A stretch of 64,000 bases of DNA, taken from positions 34,536,001 through 34,600,000 of the forward strand of contig NC_045696.1 of the NCBI RefSeq assembly GCF_009834535.1. Reading direction: 5' to 3'. Position 1 is the first letter of the stretch, and the number at the start of each line of letters is the position of its first letter. Positions 26,810 through 39,684 of this stretch are shown here, in pieces. The notes beneath the pieces were generated by a model. The model worked only from the letters and a program-made list of their open reading frames with translations. It ran no database searches and was not told the origin of the DNA. The stretch is from Camelus ferus (taxonomy: Eukaryota). Made by a program: the position numbers and the translations under genes.

Positions 26810-27163
26810 GAATTTACTCATTTCAATCTCTGTCACATTGTGGCAATTCTCACAATGTTTCAAAATTTTTCATTATTATTATGTTTGTTGTCATGATCTC
26901 TGATCAGTGATCTTTGATGTTACTGTTATGACTCACTGAAGGTTCAGATGATGGTTAGCACTTTATAGCAATAAAGCATTTTTAAATTAAGGTATATACT
27001 TTTTTATACACAATATTATTGCACACTTAATAGATTACAGTATAGGGTAAACATAACTTTTACATGCACTGGGAAACCAAAAAATCATGTGACTTGATTT
27101 TTTGCAGTATTTGTTTTATTCCGGTGTTCTGGCCCTGAATTTGCAATATCTGGGGTACACCTG
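26810..27163. mobile_element. Internally deleted Tigger1 derivative
   Basis: gactcactgaaggttcagatgatggttagca...tgcactgggaaaccaaaaaa...gcaatatctggggtacacctg|ta matches the recalled Tigger1 3' end. Confidence 0.8.
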
Positions 27164-27169
27164 TACAAG

Positions 27170-29165
27170 GATATTTGTATATTGGGACAGATATCCTAGG
27201 AGTAGAATTGCTAGATTAAAGAGTCTGAAGTTTGTCATTTTGATAGTGCCAAATTTTCTCTGCAGAACTTGAGCCAATTTATAATATTGCCAGCCATATA
27301 AGAAGGGACCTGTTTCCCTACATCTTTGTCAATACAGTGTTTTAAAAAAAATTTTAATGATGACAATTTTCAAACCTAACCAAAAGTAGAAGGAATTGGA
27401 TAATGAACTGCCCTTAGCTGTCACCAGCTTCAATGATTATCAATATATCATCAGTCTTCTTTCATCTGTACCTCCTCACTCCTTACCATTGCTAGTTACC
27501 TTTTTGTACAGCTTTATTGTGATATAATTCCTATACAGTAAACTACACATATTTCAGATATGCAATTTGATGAATTTTGATAAATGTGTACACCTGTGAA
27601 ACCACCACCACAATCAAGATAGCTAACATTTTCATCATTCCCCAAGAGGTTCAAACTTCGAACTCCCAATTTCTCTCTTCCCACCCCATTTATCCCCTGG
27701 AAACCATAAGTTTGTTCTTTATATCTGTGAGTCTGTATCTTTATATTTTGTAAGATAAGAAAATTATTTAGTTATCTTCAAGTTTTTGTTAGTTATCTTT
27801 TTAATAGTTTTACTGAGGCATACTTTCCATGTCATTAAGTTCATTCAGTATAAGTGTAATTAATTTTTAGTAAATTTATAAAGTTGTGCAGCCATCACCA
27901 TAATCCAGTTTTAAAACATTTTTTTCACCCTCAAAATTTCTCTCATGCTCACTTGCAGTCAATTCTCAGTTTCTCCCCAGGCCAAGGCCACTACTGATCT
28001 GTTTTCTATCTTTAAATAGAGCTGCTATTTATAGACATTTTGTGTAAATAATATGACATGATATGTAGGTTTCTACATATGAGTACTTTCACTTAGAATA
28101 ATGTTTCTGAGATTCATTTATGTTTTAGTACTTACCAATAGCTCATTTATATTTGTGCTGGATAGTATTCCATTGGACGGATACAGTACATTTTGTTTAC
28201 TGTATTCAGTATTTGATGGATACTTGGATTTTTTGCAGTTGTTTTGATACGAACATTTGTGTACAACTGGACAAATGTTTTTTTTTCTCTTGAATAGATA
28301 CCTAGGAATGGAATTGCTAGATGCTATAAGTTTATGTTTAACATCTGTTTAACTTAGAACTGCCAGACTCTTTCCAGAGTATACCATTTAAAATTCTAAC
28401 CAGGAATCTATAAGGGTTTCAGTTTTCTACATCTTCACTAACACTTGTTGTTGTCTTTTTCATAATAGCTGTTCTAGTAATTAAATAATAGTAGTATCTC
28501 ATTTTGGTTTTAATTTGCATTTCCTCAGTACTTTTGGTGGCAAACATCTTTTCATATACTTATTTGCTGTTGCATATGTTTGGTAAAATGTCTATTCAAA
28601 TCTATTGCCCATTTTTCAATTGGATTGTTTGCCTTCTTACTGAGTTGTAAGAGTTCTATATATATTCTGGTTATACATTCTTTATCAGATACGTGATTCA
28701 TAAATAATTTTTCCCACTCTGGCTTTTTTCATTTTCTATTTGGTGTCTTCTGAAGTTTATTGCTGGTTTTAAGAAATCTGATAGTAATTTTCCTTGTGTA
28801 GTTTATCTCACATCTATTAGTCTTAAGCTTCTTGGAATTTTGAATTTGTACTTTTCACCAGATTTGGGAAATGCCTTCAAAAATTGTTTTAGAAACCACC
28901 ATTATGTTTTATTAACGGATTCCACTTAAAGGGAATCCACAGTTGACCCACACCTTACTGACTATTCTGTTCAATTTTTTTCAGTGATTTTCTTTGTGTG
29001 TGTGTGTTTTGTTTTAGTAATGCTGTATCTTGTTTTCACTGGTATTATCTTCTGCAGATAATCTGACATTAATCCCATACAGTGTATTTTTCATCTCAGA
29101 TTTTGTATATTTTAAGTTTTAATTGGGTCTTTCATGTCTTCCATTTCTCTGCCTAACGTGATGAT
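27170..29165 (-). mobile_element. Stack of old L1 fragments (L1MB/MC/ME types)
   Basis: Several antisense L1 3' ends (gtgcagccatcaccataatccagtttt, tttaatttgcatttcc). Confidence 0.7.
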
Positions 29166-29175
29166 TCTTTACTTC

Positions 29176-29347
29176 AGGAATAGGCAGACTATGGCCCATG
29201 GAGTCAAATACTGTTCATGGCTGTTTTTGTTTTTGTTTTTAATGGCTCCCAAGCCAAGACTGGTCTTCATATTTTTTAATAGTGGTGTTTAAAAAAATGT
29301 GACAGAGACCTTAATGTGATCCAGAAAGCCTAAAATACTATCTGGCT
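29176..29347. mobile_element. MER58-family hAT MITE fragment
   Basis: caggaataggcagactatggccc...aaagcctaaaatactatctggc. Confidence 0.6.
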
Positions 29348-29349
29348 AC

Positions 29350-30200
29350 CCAGGCTTCACCCTACACACAATAGTGAAGGAATTTGAAGCTAGTGGTACA
29401 CTGAAGGTCATGACAGCAACAACCCAAATGAAGTAAATAACACAAACCTAATTAACTCATGATTAGATTTACTTAATGCTCCACCATAAAGGCTGGCAGA
29501 AGAAAAGGCATATCTGTTTCCAGGCACAAATATCATTAACACCAGTTTACAGTTTCATACATCATGAAGTTCAGCTTTCAGCTAAAAATTATAGGCATAT
29601 AAAGAGCAAGGGAAAAAATGCACTATCAAGAGAAAAAGCAATTTGTAGAATCAAACTCAGATATAAAGGTCTAGTGGGAAAAGTGGAGAACATGGTTCAA
29701 CACATGAGAATTTCAGCAGAGAGCTGGGACACCAAGAAAAATTCCAAATAGAAATGCGGGAAATAAAAAATACAGTAACAGATGAAGAATGCCTCTGATG
29801 GGCTCACTGATAGATCAATACAACACAACTGAGGAAAGAATGAATGAACTTGAGTATAGGTCAAAAGAAATTACCCAAACTAAATGACAAAGAGGAGAAA
29901 GAAGAAAACTGTTGGAATAGCACATCTAAGAGCTTTGGGAAAATATGAAGTTGCAACATGTGTCCGCTAGAATCCCAGAAGGACGAAAAATGAGACAGGA
30001 GAAATACCAAACAGTAGCCATGAATTTTCCAAATATAATGAAGGATGCCAAACCACAGATCTGAGAAACTCGAAGAACAACCAGTAAGATAATTTCAAGA
30101 TCCATCTCTTTCTCTCAAACCACCACCTAGATCCCCTAGATGCATCACATTCAAACTAAAAAGATCATAGAAAATAGTGAAGGCCACCAGAGAATAAAGA
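29350..30200 (+). mobile_element. Old L1 5'/ORF1 fragment
   Basis: Degenerate ORF1 (gatgaagaatgcctctgatgggctca, gaggaaagaatgaatgaacttga, gaattttccaaatataatgaa). Confidence 0.7.
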
Positions 30201-30202
30201 TA

Positions 30203-30352
30203 CAGTTGACCCTTGAAGAATACAGGGGCTAGAGGAGTCAACCTCCCACACAGTCAAAAATTCATGTAGAACTTACAACCAGTCTTCCATTTCTGCGATT
30301 CTGTGTCTTTCGATTCCACCAACCATGGATTATGTAGTACTTCAGTATGTAT
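30203..30352. mobile_element. Truncated second Tigger2-derived MITE
   Basis: Begins ta|cagttgacccttgaa like 23666-23890 but lacks the right TIR. Confidence 0.75.
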
Positions 30353-30523
30353 TTTTTAAAGGCCAGCTATTTTATACTTGCAGACCATGGAGTGCCTGTT
30401 GTAACTACTCAGCTCTGCTATTGTAGCAGCCATAGACAAGATGAATGAATGCATGTGGCTGTGTTCCAATAAAACTTTTACAAAAACTGGCAGCCAGTGC
30501 ATGGGTCATATTTCCTAAATGCT
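30353..30523. mobile_element. MER58A-like hAT MITE
   Basis: actactcagctctgctattgtagcagccatagacaa...tggctgtgttccaataaaactt. Confidence 0.75.
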
Positions 30524-30674
30524 GAGATTAAAGCAAAAATTGAAGTGAAGTATTGTTGGTCTATAGCATTTAAAAGTAAAGTGAATGACAAAAATAACAC
30601 AAGGATTAGTATATTATGCCTTACTAAAACAGCACAATTTTGAAGGTAGGCTGGGATTTATTAAAGATATATAT

Positions 30675-30680
<6 letters not shown>

Positions 30681-30720
<40 letters not shown>
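30681..30720. repeat. (TA)20 microsatellite
   Basis: Perfect TA run over 40 bp. Confidence 0.97.
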
Positions 30721-30724
<4 letters not shown>

Positions 30725-31039
30725 CCTAGGGTAGTCACTAAAACCACTGAATACAGAGGTGGATATATTAAGCCAAAGTGGAGATAAAATGGAATCATAA
30801 AATTACTCAGTCTAAAAGAAGGTGGAAGAAGGGTCAAATGGAACAATGAACAGATAGAACAAATAGAAAACAATTATAAAGATAGTAGGTTTTAATCGAA
30901 GCATATTAAAAATCACATATAAATTGCCTAAATCTATTAAAAAAGACAGAAATTGGTTGGCTAGAAAAGCATGATCTAAGAGATATATATCCATACCCCA
31001 TGCTTTTTTTTTTTTGAATAACAGATACACACTTTTTTA

Positions 31040-32990
31040 CACTCTGCATTTTTCACTTAATATTGTATCTTGGAGATCAAGACACAGTGTAAATTTCTTT
31101 TTAAAACTTAGTCTTGTGTAGATGTACCATACTTCATTCAACATACTTTCTAATGATAAGTATTTGGATTGCTTCCCTTATTTTCCTGTTACAAATAGTG
31201 CTATGATTATGATTTGTTTGCATACATATTTTTGTATGTTTCCCAGTAGATTTTTGGGATAGGCTCCTAGAATCTGTGCCAAAAGGAGACTAGATATGTA
31301 ATTTTGCTAAGTAGTCTCAAAGTTCCCTCTATACTGCTTGTACCATTTTGCATTCTCACCCACAAAATGAGGCTTTGTTTACCTCCAACCTCACCACAGT
31401 TTTGTGTTGTCAAACTTTTGATTTTTTGCTAAGCTAACAAAAGAGAAATGGCATGTCAATGTAGTTTTAATTTATATTTTTCTTACTGTGAGTGAAGTTG
31501 AACATCTTTTAGCATATCTTTAAAGACCATTTGTGTTTCATTTTCCATGAGCTACTTGTTTATATCTGAAGCTCATTTTCTATAAGTTAGTTGGACTTTT
31601 TCTTCTCAATTTTCATAGCTCTTTATGTATTAGAGATATTAACCCCTTCCTGTGATGTAAGTTACAAATGTGTATTTTTTTCATCTCTGTTTTGCTTTCC
31701 TATGGCATTTATATTTTTAGACTTTTTAAAATATAATTAAAATTTATCAGTATTCTTCTATTGCTTCCTACTTTTGAAACCTAGTTAAGAAACATTTCTC
31801 TATAACCAGGTTATATGGGATTTTGTCTGATATTTATATTGTTTAATTTTTTTATATTTAGGTTTATGATCCATTTTGAATTTTTTTCTTATGTTTGGAA
31901 GTTGGAGTGAATCATTTTTGTCTTTTAATATTGGGCTATCTGATATGAAGTCAACGTTTTCCTACAGACTTGATGCCCCTTTTGTCATATACTCACTTTT
32001 CACATGCAGTTGCCCTATTTTTGGATTTTCCATTTGATTTCATTAGGCTATTTGTTCATGTACCAATATAATGCCAGCTCAATTATAAAGTCTTTCCAAA
32101 ATGTTTTAATATTGACTAGTTCCTTCTCATTGCTCATGCTATTTCATAGTTTTGTAATCAATTGTCTACTTTGTAATCAATTGTCTACTTTCAGAAAAAC
32201 TTAAAGGTATGTAAATTTATAAATCAGGTAAGGAGAATTTAGTGCTTACCTTACTGAAGTATTTATTTTATATGCTTTTTATCTTTCTCTAGTTCAAGAA
32301 TACTGGAACACTAAGGCTGAAACTGCTCTTTCCAACTTAAATGCTATTGATGCCATATGTTTTTGCTATATTTTTTTAAAAGCCCAGATGAAATTACTAT
32401 TGCTTTTGCTTCATGCTGTCAATTTTTTTAGCCGATATGTTTACTAATTTGCATCTTAGACTTTTCTTGCTGATTTCCCATGTCTTTGTAAACAGTCTGT
32501 ATTTTTCTGTTTTTCACATATTGTTCTTTGTATTTGGTATTTTATAGTTTACCGTGATTAGTTATGTGTAGATTTAGTTTTATTAATCATTATTGAGATT
32601 TCCTGGGCTTCCTGGATCTGAGAATTGGTATATTTCATCAGTTATGAAAAATCCTTACCCAGTTTTTGTCTTTGCCTCATTCTCCCATTCTCTCTTTTTC
32701 TTTATTTTTTTTTTTTTGTAGAAGTATGATTAGATATGTTAGACTTGTATGTTCCATCATCCATGTCTTTAACTGTTGCTTGTATTTTCCATTTCTTTGT
32801 CTCTTTGTATTACATTTTGGTCATTTTTTTTTCCAGAGCTTTCAGTTTATTAATTTTTTCTTCAGCTGTGTTTAATCTTTGATCCACTGACTTTTAATTT
32901 CATTGACTTTTCATTTCTAGGAGTTTTTTGACTGCTCTTGATTATTTCATTCTTTATATTTTTAGTACTTTTTTTAAAATTTCTTAAACT
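31040..32990 (-). mobile_element. Old L1 (L1ME-type) fragments
   Basis: T-rich degenerate antisense L1 (ccattttgcattctcacc, tgagtgaagttgaacatctttt). Confidence 0.6.
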
Positions 32991-33172
32991 GTGTTATACT
33001 CATTTTATATTCTGGGTCTGGTTTAAATATATAAAGCCTTTGTGGACTTTCTGTTTCTCCTTGCTCCTGTTGTATTTCCTTATATCTGTGGTTTTTATTA
33101 TTATAATTATTATTTACATTGTTAATGTGTATTTTCTTGAAATAAATTCATTTGTAAAAATTGAAGCCTGGT

Positions 33173-33292
33173 GGGGAGGGTATAGTTCAGTGGTAGAGTG
33201 CATGCCTAGCATGCATGAAGTCCTGGGTTCAATCCTCAGTACCTCCATTAAACAAATAAATAAACCTAATCCTCCCCCCACCAAAAAAAAAA
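33173..33292 (+). mobile_element. tRNA-Ala(AGC)-derived SINE, Vic-1-like (camelid type)
   Basis: tRNA-like head GGGGAGGGTATAGTTCAGTGGTAGAG...GGGTTCAATCCTCAGTACCTCCA with A and B boxes, then a short tail and A-run. 16-bp TSD aaaaattgaagcctgg (33156-33171) and aaaaattgaagactgg (33288-33303). Confidence 0.85.
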
Positions 33293-34834
33293 TTGAAGAC
33301 TGGATTTGAGGTGGGTATTTAGAAAGGATTTACATTTGTTTCTGCCAAGGACCTGGAGCCATTACTAGCCCAGAACCAATCTTAGCTAAATTCTTGGCTT
33401 GAGAGTTTTTGGACCATGTTAGTAAGATGAATTCAGGTGACAACATGAGAGGATTTTAACAGGAGATTTATTTTTTTTTTCTCTTTTCCTGTCTAGTTCC
33501 AATTGTAGCCAAGCAGTTTTCCTTACAATCTAGAAATATGGTGCAGTGGGTGGGAGGAGCATATTGGTGTAACTGTTTGTAAAAGTTCTAGTCAAGGCAA
33601 AAGCCAGCTATTTTATCCAGCATTTTACTTGTTTTGAGGGTGACTCATTCAGGGTACCTAGTCTGTCATACTTTAGAAACAATAATGTACAATTTCTTTA
33701 TCTTTATCAATATATATTTGAAAAAAAACACTGTGAACCTTTTCTTTCCTCAGTAAAGACACTGCTGAAGAAAGCATCTTGAAGATAAATGCATTGGAGT
33801 GCTTTGAGTATGTTGAAGTAAATGCTCATTGTTAAGGTTAAGTAGCTCTGAGTTGAAATATCTATATGATATCAAAAATTTAGAGTTAATAAGTATAGAA
33901 GAAATTTTTAAAAATTGAGTATTTTACATGTGAGCAGTAATATTTTATTCTGTTTTTATTTAATTCATGTAGAATAAGCCTAATTTTCTTTGACTTAAAT
34001 TGGTAAGTGGTTTTCTTATTTGGATAGTTAAGCAGCATAATTTAGTGGAATTTTCCTATGGGAGATAAATGCAGAAATCCATATTCTTGTATTTTAGGGT
34101 GAAAATTACTTACCTGCTATAGAGGCCCAAAAAAGAAAAGTAATTCTGGTCATAATTACCAAAACAATCTATGTGTGTCTATATATTTTAGGAAGTCTGC
34201 TACCTTATTACTGTTTGTAATAAATGTGAAAATATGGTCTGAATTCCAAGCAACCCAATGACAGAATATAGTTTGTTTCATAAATAGGGACTCTAATGGG
34301 ACTCTAGTAAGTCAAATAAAAATGACTGTAAAAGCTATAATTTTTTTTTAAATTCAAAAGGCATACTATCTATAATATATTCATCCCACTATAAATAATT
34401 TATGTTTTTATATAAATCATTTTGTTTAAGTAATTCTGTTTTGAATAATTATTTCAATTTAGGTGAATGAACTGTAGGTAACTCACAATTTGGATTCATG
34501 TTAATTATAAATTGGTTAATGTACAGACTGTTACATATTAAACATTATACCAAATATATTTTATTATAGAATCATATTAAACATTGTATTAAACATATTC
34601 AACATTAAAAAACAGTATAACATTATACATATATAACTTTTTGGAAAGAAACATTTTGATGAATGTAATCAGGTATCTTTAAAATCTTCATAATTTAAGT
34701 GAGAAAAATTGGTGTCATATGTTTCAACAAAATTGACATATACACAACTGAAAAGATCAAAACTGAAGATCTCATGTTTCATTTTAGACTGTTGAAGGAA
34801 ACTTTCATGGCAATGTTAATAAAAACAGTAGTTC

Positions 34835-35012
34835 CCTATCATTACTAGCAAGCACCTATAGCACTACCAGGGAGTGTTTTAAGTGTTTTATAAGTGGTAG
34901 CTACTATTACTGTTCCTGTTTTATAAATAAACTGAGGCACAGGGATATTCAGTGACTTGCCCAGGGTTACACATCAAGGAAGTGGTGGAGCTGAGATTCA
35001 AACCCAGTGCGA
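34835..35012 (-). mobile_element. MIR SINE
   Basis: aactgaggcacaggga...gtgacttgcccagggttacaca...ggagctgagattcaaaccca. Confidence 0.75.
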
Positions 35013-35020
35013 CTCTAGAT

Positions 35021-35335
35021 CATGGGTGAATGAAGGGCCACATAGCAGATATTTTTAGGCTTAACCCTTAAAGTGTCTGTTGCCATCACTCAGTTCTGTC
35101 TTTGTAGTGTGAAAGCAGCCATTGTCAATGTGTAAATAGATGGGTTTGGTTGTGTTGCAGTAATGACTTATTTGTTGACAGTGATATTTAAATTTCATGT
35201 AATTTTTACCTATTATGAAATATTATTTTTTTTATTTTAACAATCTGAATATTCTTATCTCATGCATTATACTGAAACAGGCCTTCAGCCTTCTTGGGCC
35301 AGATGTGGCCCATGGGCAGTAGTTTGCCATCTCTG
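35021..35335. mobile_element. MER58B-like hAT-Charlie MITE with intact 8-bp TSD
   Basis: TSD ctctagat at 35013-35020 and 35336-35343. Body similar to 7496-7808. Confidence 0.85.
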
Positions 35336-36319
35336 CTCTAGATTGCTAGGTGTATTTTGGGGTCCTACTTTGTTCCATTTTGGACTCATTTACCCTGCAC
35401 CTTGTAGAATTTGCTTCCTTGAGGGCTAGACAGTTTGATCTCTAAGCATTTGGTGGATCCTTTATAGTAGGCAATAGGAAATTCAACAGATTTGAAACAT
35501 GAAGTTTCTATTTCTACATATAATCTAGGGTTTTTTCCCCTAATGATTTCACTACTGCGTAATACTTGTTGATGTCCCTGAATCTTACCCCGAGGCAGAG
35601 CTAGCTCCACCATGTTGTTTTATCATTAGACCAAGTTGTTTTATCATTATTTAGTCTTTACTTATTTTACATGTAGTTTTTCTCATTTTAATATCATTAT
35701 CATGAAGTTGGGCCTTGTTATTGAGGTAGCTGATAGTGGGGCACACACAGATCTCATGAAACATTGGCTTCCCTTTCATGTTCACGTAATGTAGACATAT
35801 TTCTGCATATTTTGTTTTATTATCTACAAGGTCATATTAATCTGCACGCTCATCTCTGAATTTACTGCCATAACATGTTTTATTTCTACTAAGAAACTTT
35901 GTATCTCTCCCTCCTTTAATAGAATTAAATGTCCTACTAGACAATACTGTCTACTCAACATAATGATGCAGTTTCTACTCTGCTCTACCTAGTGCAACTT
36001 TAACACCTCCATGTTTCAACATGTTACAATAGATATGCAAAGTACAGTGCTATGATAGTACAGAAGAATCACCTCTATGTTTGTCTGGAGAGAAGGAAGG
36101 GAGTTTTTAGGCTAAGTTCCAAGGTGAAATCTTATAAATAGGTCTTTAGGAAGCAACGGATCCAAAGACCTTTAAGTATAGGAGTTTTAGGGAATATAGA
36201 GAAGTTTGCTGCAGTTGGAGAGCATGGAATTTGTGGTAAAAGCTGTGTGTAAGAGTAGTTTGGGATCAGACATTTAAAGGTTCGTATGTTATGATAAGGA
36301 ATTTGAATTTCCTACTCTA

Positions 36320-36650
36320 CAGTGATCTCAAATACCTAAATAGAATAGGAAGGGAATATAAATAATAAATAAGTCAGGTAGGCAGTGTGCTGGAGAAATG
36401 AGGGGTGGATGGAGACTGGCAAATTGGAAAAGAGGTCCATGCCTTGACCAAGGGCAGTAGCTGCTCAGCTTACTTTGCCATGGAGAGATGCAAGCCCTGT
36501 GTTACAGGGGTTTCTGTTTTTTAAGAGTTCAGAGAAATCTATATTTAATCTGAAATATCACAGTTTTTAAATATTGGAAACTGACTAAATTATCTTAAAC
36601 TAATATTTTATCCATATAAAATAAATGTGTCAGCTGAAGTTCTTTGCTTT
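36320..36650. mobile_element. MER102-like hAT element within L2 sequence
   Basis: ggagactggcaaattggaaaag...aagggcagtagctgctcagct motif. Confidence 0.55.
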
Positions 36651-36939
36651 AGATGGTACAATCTAAACAGCAATTGGTAAAGTCTATAAGTAGATCATTC
36701 TGTGTTTTAGAAAGATCACAATGGCAGCTGGGTTGAACATGGATTTTAGGAAAGTGTGAAATAGCACGACTAGAGATAGGTTCTATTAGAAGTTAAGAAA
36801 TAAGATAGATGTGAATTAATGCTTTGTTAGTAGGGATAAAGATTCCAGAGGTACATTGGTGGGGCTATTTTATATGTACTTACTGATGGTAAAATAAATG
36901 CATAATGGTTGATAATGAAAAATAATTTTCCTTTTCACC

Positions 36940-37900
36940 CCTGACCTCTAATTTCTGTTTCCTCTATCTAGAGGCAACTGCTTTTACCAGTTTGTTATTT
37001 ATCCCTCTAGCCGTCTGGTGGTATGCACTGGTGTACATGCACCCTCTACTTACCAATGATAATGTAATGAATAGATTTCTGCATCTTTGCTTAGTATCTT
37101 GGAATTTTTTCCCTTATCTACTCATATAGATGTAATTATATTCTCACTAATATTAATATTTGTATCAAATGTCATTGTATGAGTATATTATAATTAATTT
37201 ACCCAGTCCCCTGTAGTAGACATTTAGTATGTTTCCATTCTTTTACTATTACAAGCCACCTGTGGATGCATATATATATACACATGTCTTTGAACATGTA
37301 TTATTTGGAGGATTAAATACTTATAAGTAGAAATGGTAAGTCAAATGGTATGTGTGCACTTAAGAGTTTTGCCTTACTGTATTTACTGTATTGCCTTTAA
37401 AAGAGGTAGTACCACATATCATCCCTTCAACAAGATCACAAAGCCTGTTTCTCTATATCAGAGCCATCATGGAATACATCAACATTCTTATTTTTCTAAA
37501 TATGATAGGAGAGGTGATATGTCATTATAATTTTACTTATTTAACTATAGTAGACAGTCTTCTCATATTTGAAAAAATCCACTTGGTATTTCTTTTCTGT
37601 GAAGTAGTCTTATCGCCTCCAAGTTTTCTACCAGTTTGTTAACTTTTTTTTTAAAAAGTTACTTGTATCAGCTTTTTAATTAAGGAAATCAACAAAGATT
37701 CTCAGTGTACCATTTTGCTTTTGACTACTTTTATGTGTTTTTTGTTGACATTTAAAAATTTTCAGTAGTCAAAATTATATCAGTTTATGGAGTATGACTA
37801 CTATGCTATATTTAGAAGGGTCTTTGTAATAATTGGGTAATACTTAGGTCTTTTATATAATTTTTTAAACTGTATTCTCATAGTTATATTTGCATTTAAA
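36940..37900 (-). mobile_element. Old L1ME-type 3' fragment
   Basis: agaggcaactgcttttaccagttt, ttacccagtcccctgtagtagacatttag. Confidence 0.6.
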
Positions 37901-37959
37901 ATTTTGTTTTTATTAGTGATTTGTTTTGATTAAAGGCAAAGAATGAAGACAGGAAATGA

Positions 37960-38770
37960 CACATGTTGACAAGGATGTGGAGAAAAGGAAACCCTTGTAC
38001 ACTTGTACACTATTGGTAGGAATGTAAATTGGTGCAGACGGTATGGAGGTTCCTCAAAAAATTAAAAGTGGAACTGCCATATGATCCAGCAATTCCACTT
38101 GAATGTTTACCCAAAGAAAACGAAAACACTATCTTGAAAAGATTTAGGCATCCTGTGTTTATTGCAGCATTATTTACAACAGCTATGATATAGAAACAAT
38201 GTTAAGTGTCCATCAGTGGATTGATGGATAAGGAAGATGTGGTGTACAGTGGAATATTATTCAGCCATAAAAAGAATGCAGTATTGCCATTTGTGACAAC
38301 ATGGATTAAACTTAGGGGCATTATACTCAGTGAAATAAGTCAGAAAAAGACAAATAGTGAATGATCTTACCTATATGTGGAATCTTAAAAAAAACAAAAA
38401 GCAAAAAGCCCCCCAAAATACCAAGGTCATAGATACAGAGAACAGATTGGTGGTTGCCAGAGGTAGGGGATTGGGGTTAGGCAAAATGGGCAAAGTGAGT
38501 CAACAAGTACAAACTTCCAGTTATAAAATAAATCATGAGGATGTAAAGCACAGCATGGCTACTATAGTTAATAATACTGTATTGCATATTTGAAAGTTGC
38601 TAAGAGAGTAAATCTTAAAAGTTCTCATCACAAGAAGAAAACTGCAACTATGTTTGGTGATGGATGTTAACTAGATTTGTGGTCATTTCACAATATATAA
38701 AAATGTTGAATCATTATGTTGTACATCTGAAGCTAATATATTGTTGTATGTCAATTATGCTTCAGAAAAA
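37960..38770 (+). mobile_element. LINE-1 3' end (L1MA-type)
   Basis: tgttgacaaggatgtggagaaaagg...atgatccagcaattccact...tgtacatctgaagctaatata. Same 3' UTR type as 24600-25435. Confidence 0.9.
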
Positions 38771-39602
38771 GGGGGCCAAAAGTGTTTAAAAAGACAATAT
38801 CAGGTATTCCTAGTTGAATATTTTCTAGAGCAATAAAATTTAAAGATTTTCAGGGATTTGTCATTGTGCTACTTTAGGATTACTAAGTAACATTAAATAA
38901 TTTTAATAGTTTTTCATGCTCATGATTAGGAAATAAGTCATATTTCTTCCTGTGTGAACTCATGAATTATTAAAGGCACATAAACTACTAGTAACAGTAT
39001 TTACCAAATAATTTATTTAAAAAGGAGGAACCACAGAGTTTGAGCGGTTTATCATGAGTGTGATAATCAAGGTAAGCCTAGGGGCTGAGGGACCCCTGTG
39101 TCATTTATTAGATACAGAATTGGTGATATTGCTATAATGTAAATGTTGGCTGAGAGTTTCATTGTGATTCTATAACTTTCTTATATTTTTGTGTAAATTT
39201 TACCCATCCCTTATATTTCTCTGAAAAAATTAGATTTTGAATTTTTTTCTGGGTCCATTGTACTGGGGTGAAGCTGGACTGTGTACCCATTTTGAATCAT
39301 TTTGACATGGGTAGCCACATTTTGCCACCTGGTATACCACTGCATTATTTTCCCTACTGTGAACATTGATAGGCATAAGTAATGTAATTGTTCATTCTAT
39401 AGGTGTAGGACTTCAATAAATTTTTTTTAATAATTTTACTGAAAACATAACATGAATCCTAAAAGGTCAGTGTAATTTTTCAAAACCAACTATTTTAAAG
39501 CTAAATACCTGATAATGTATAGCTGTTATCGCTTGAGAATCTTTTTAATTGGAGCAAAAATCAGAGAAGCAATGAAAGTTACCATTCACTTATTCTTTCT
39601 AG

Positions 39603-39684
39603 GAGTTTCTTTGAGTTGCTGCTGTTCTTTGGAAGAGATGAGTTTTATGAAGAGCCCTTAAAGGATATTCTTGGATCATTCCAG
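39603..39684 (+). CDS. ZNF654: ZNF654 internal coding exon (probable exon 3), 82 nt, phase 2 to 0
   Basis: Acceptor ttctttctag|G and donor CAG|gtaaaa. Translates SFFELLLFFGRDEFYEEPLKDILGSFQ. Phase fits the previous exon (TT+G = Leu). Confidence 0.93.

Noticed and set aside
33173..33247. Functional tRNA-Ala gene
   Set aside because: Stem mismatches, a SINE tail, an A-run and a TSD indicate a retroposon.
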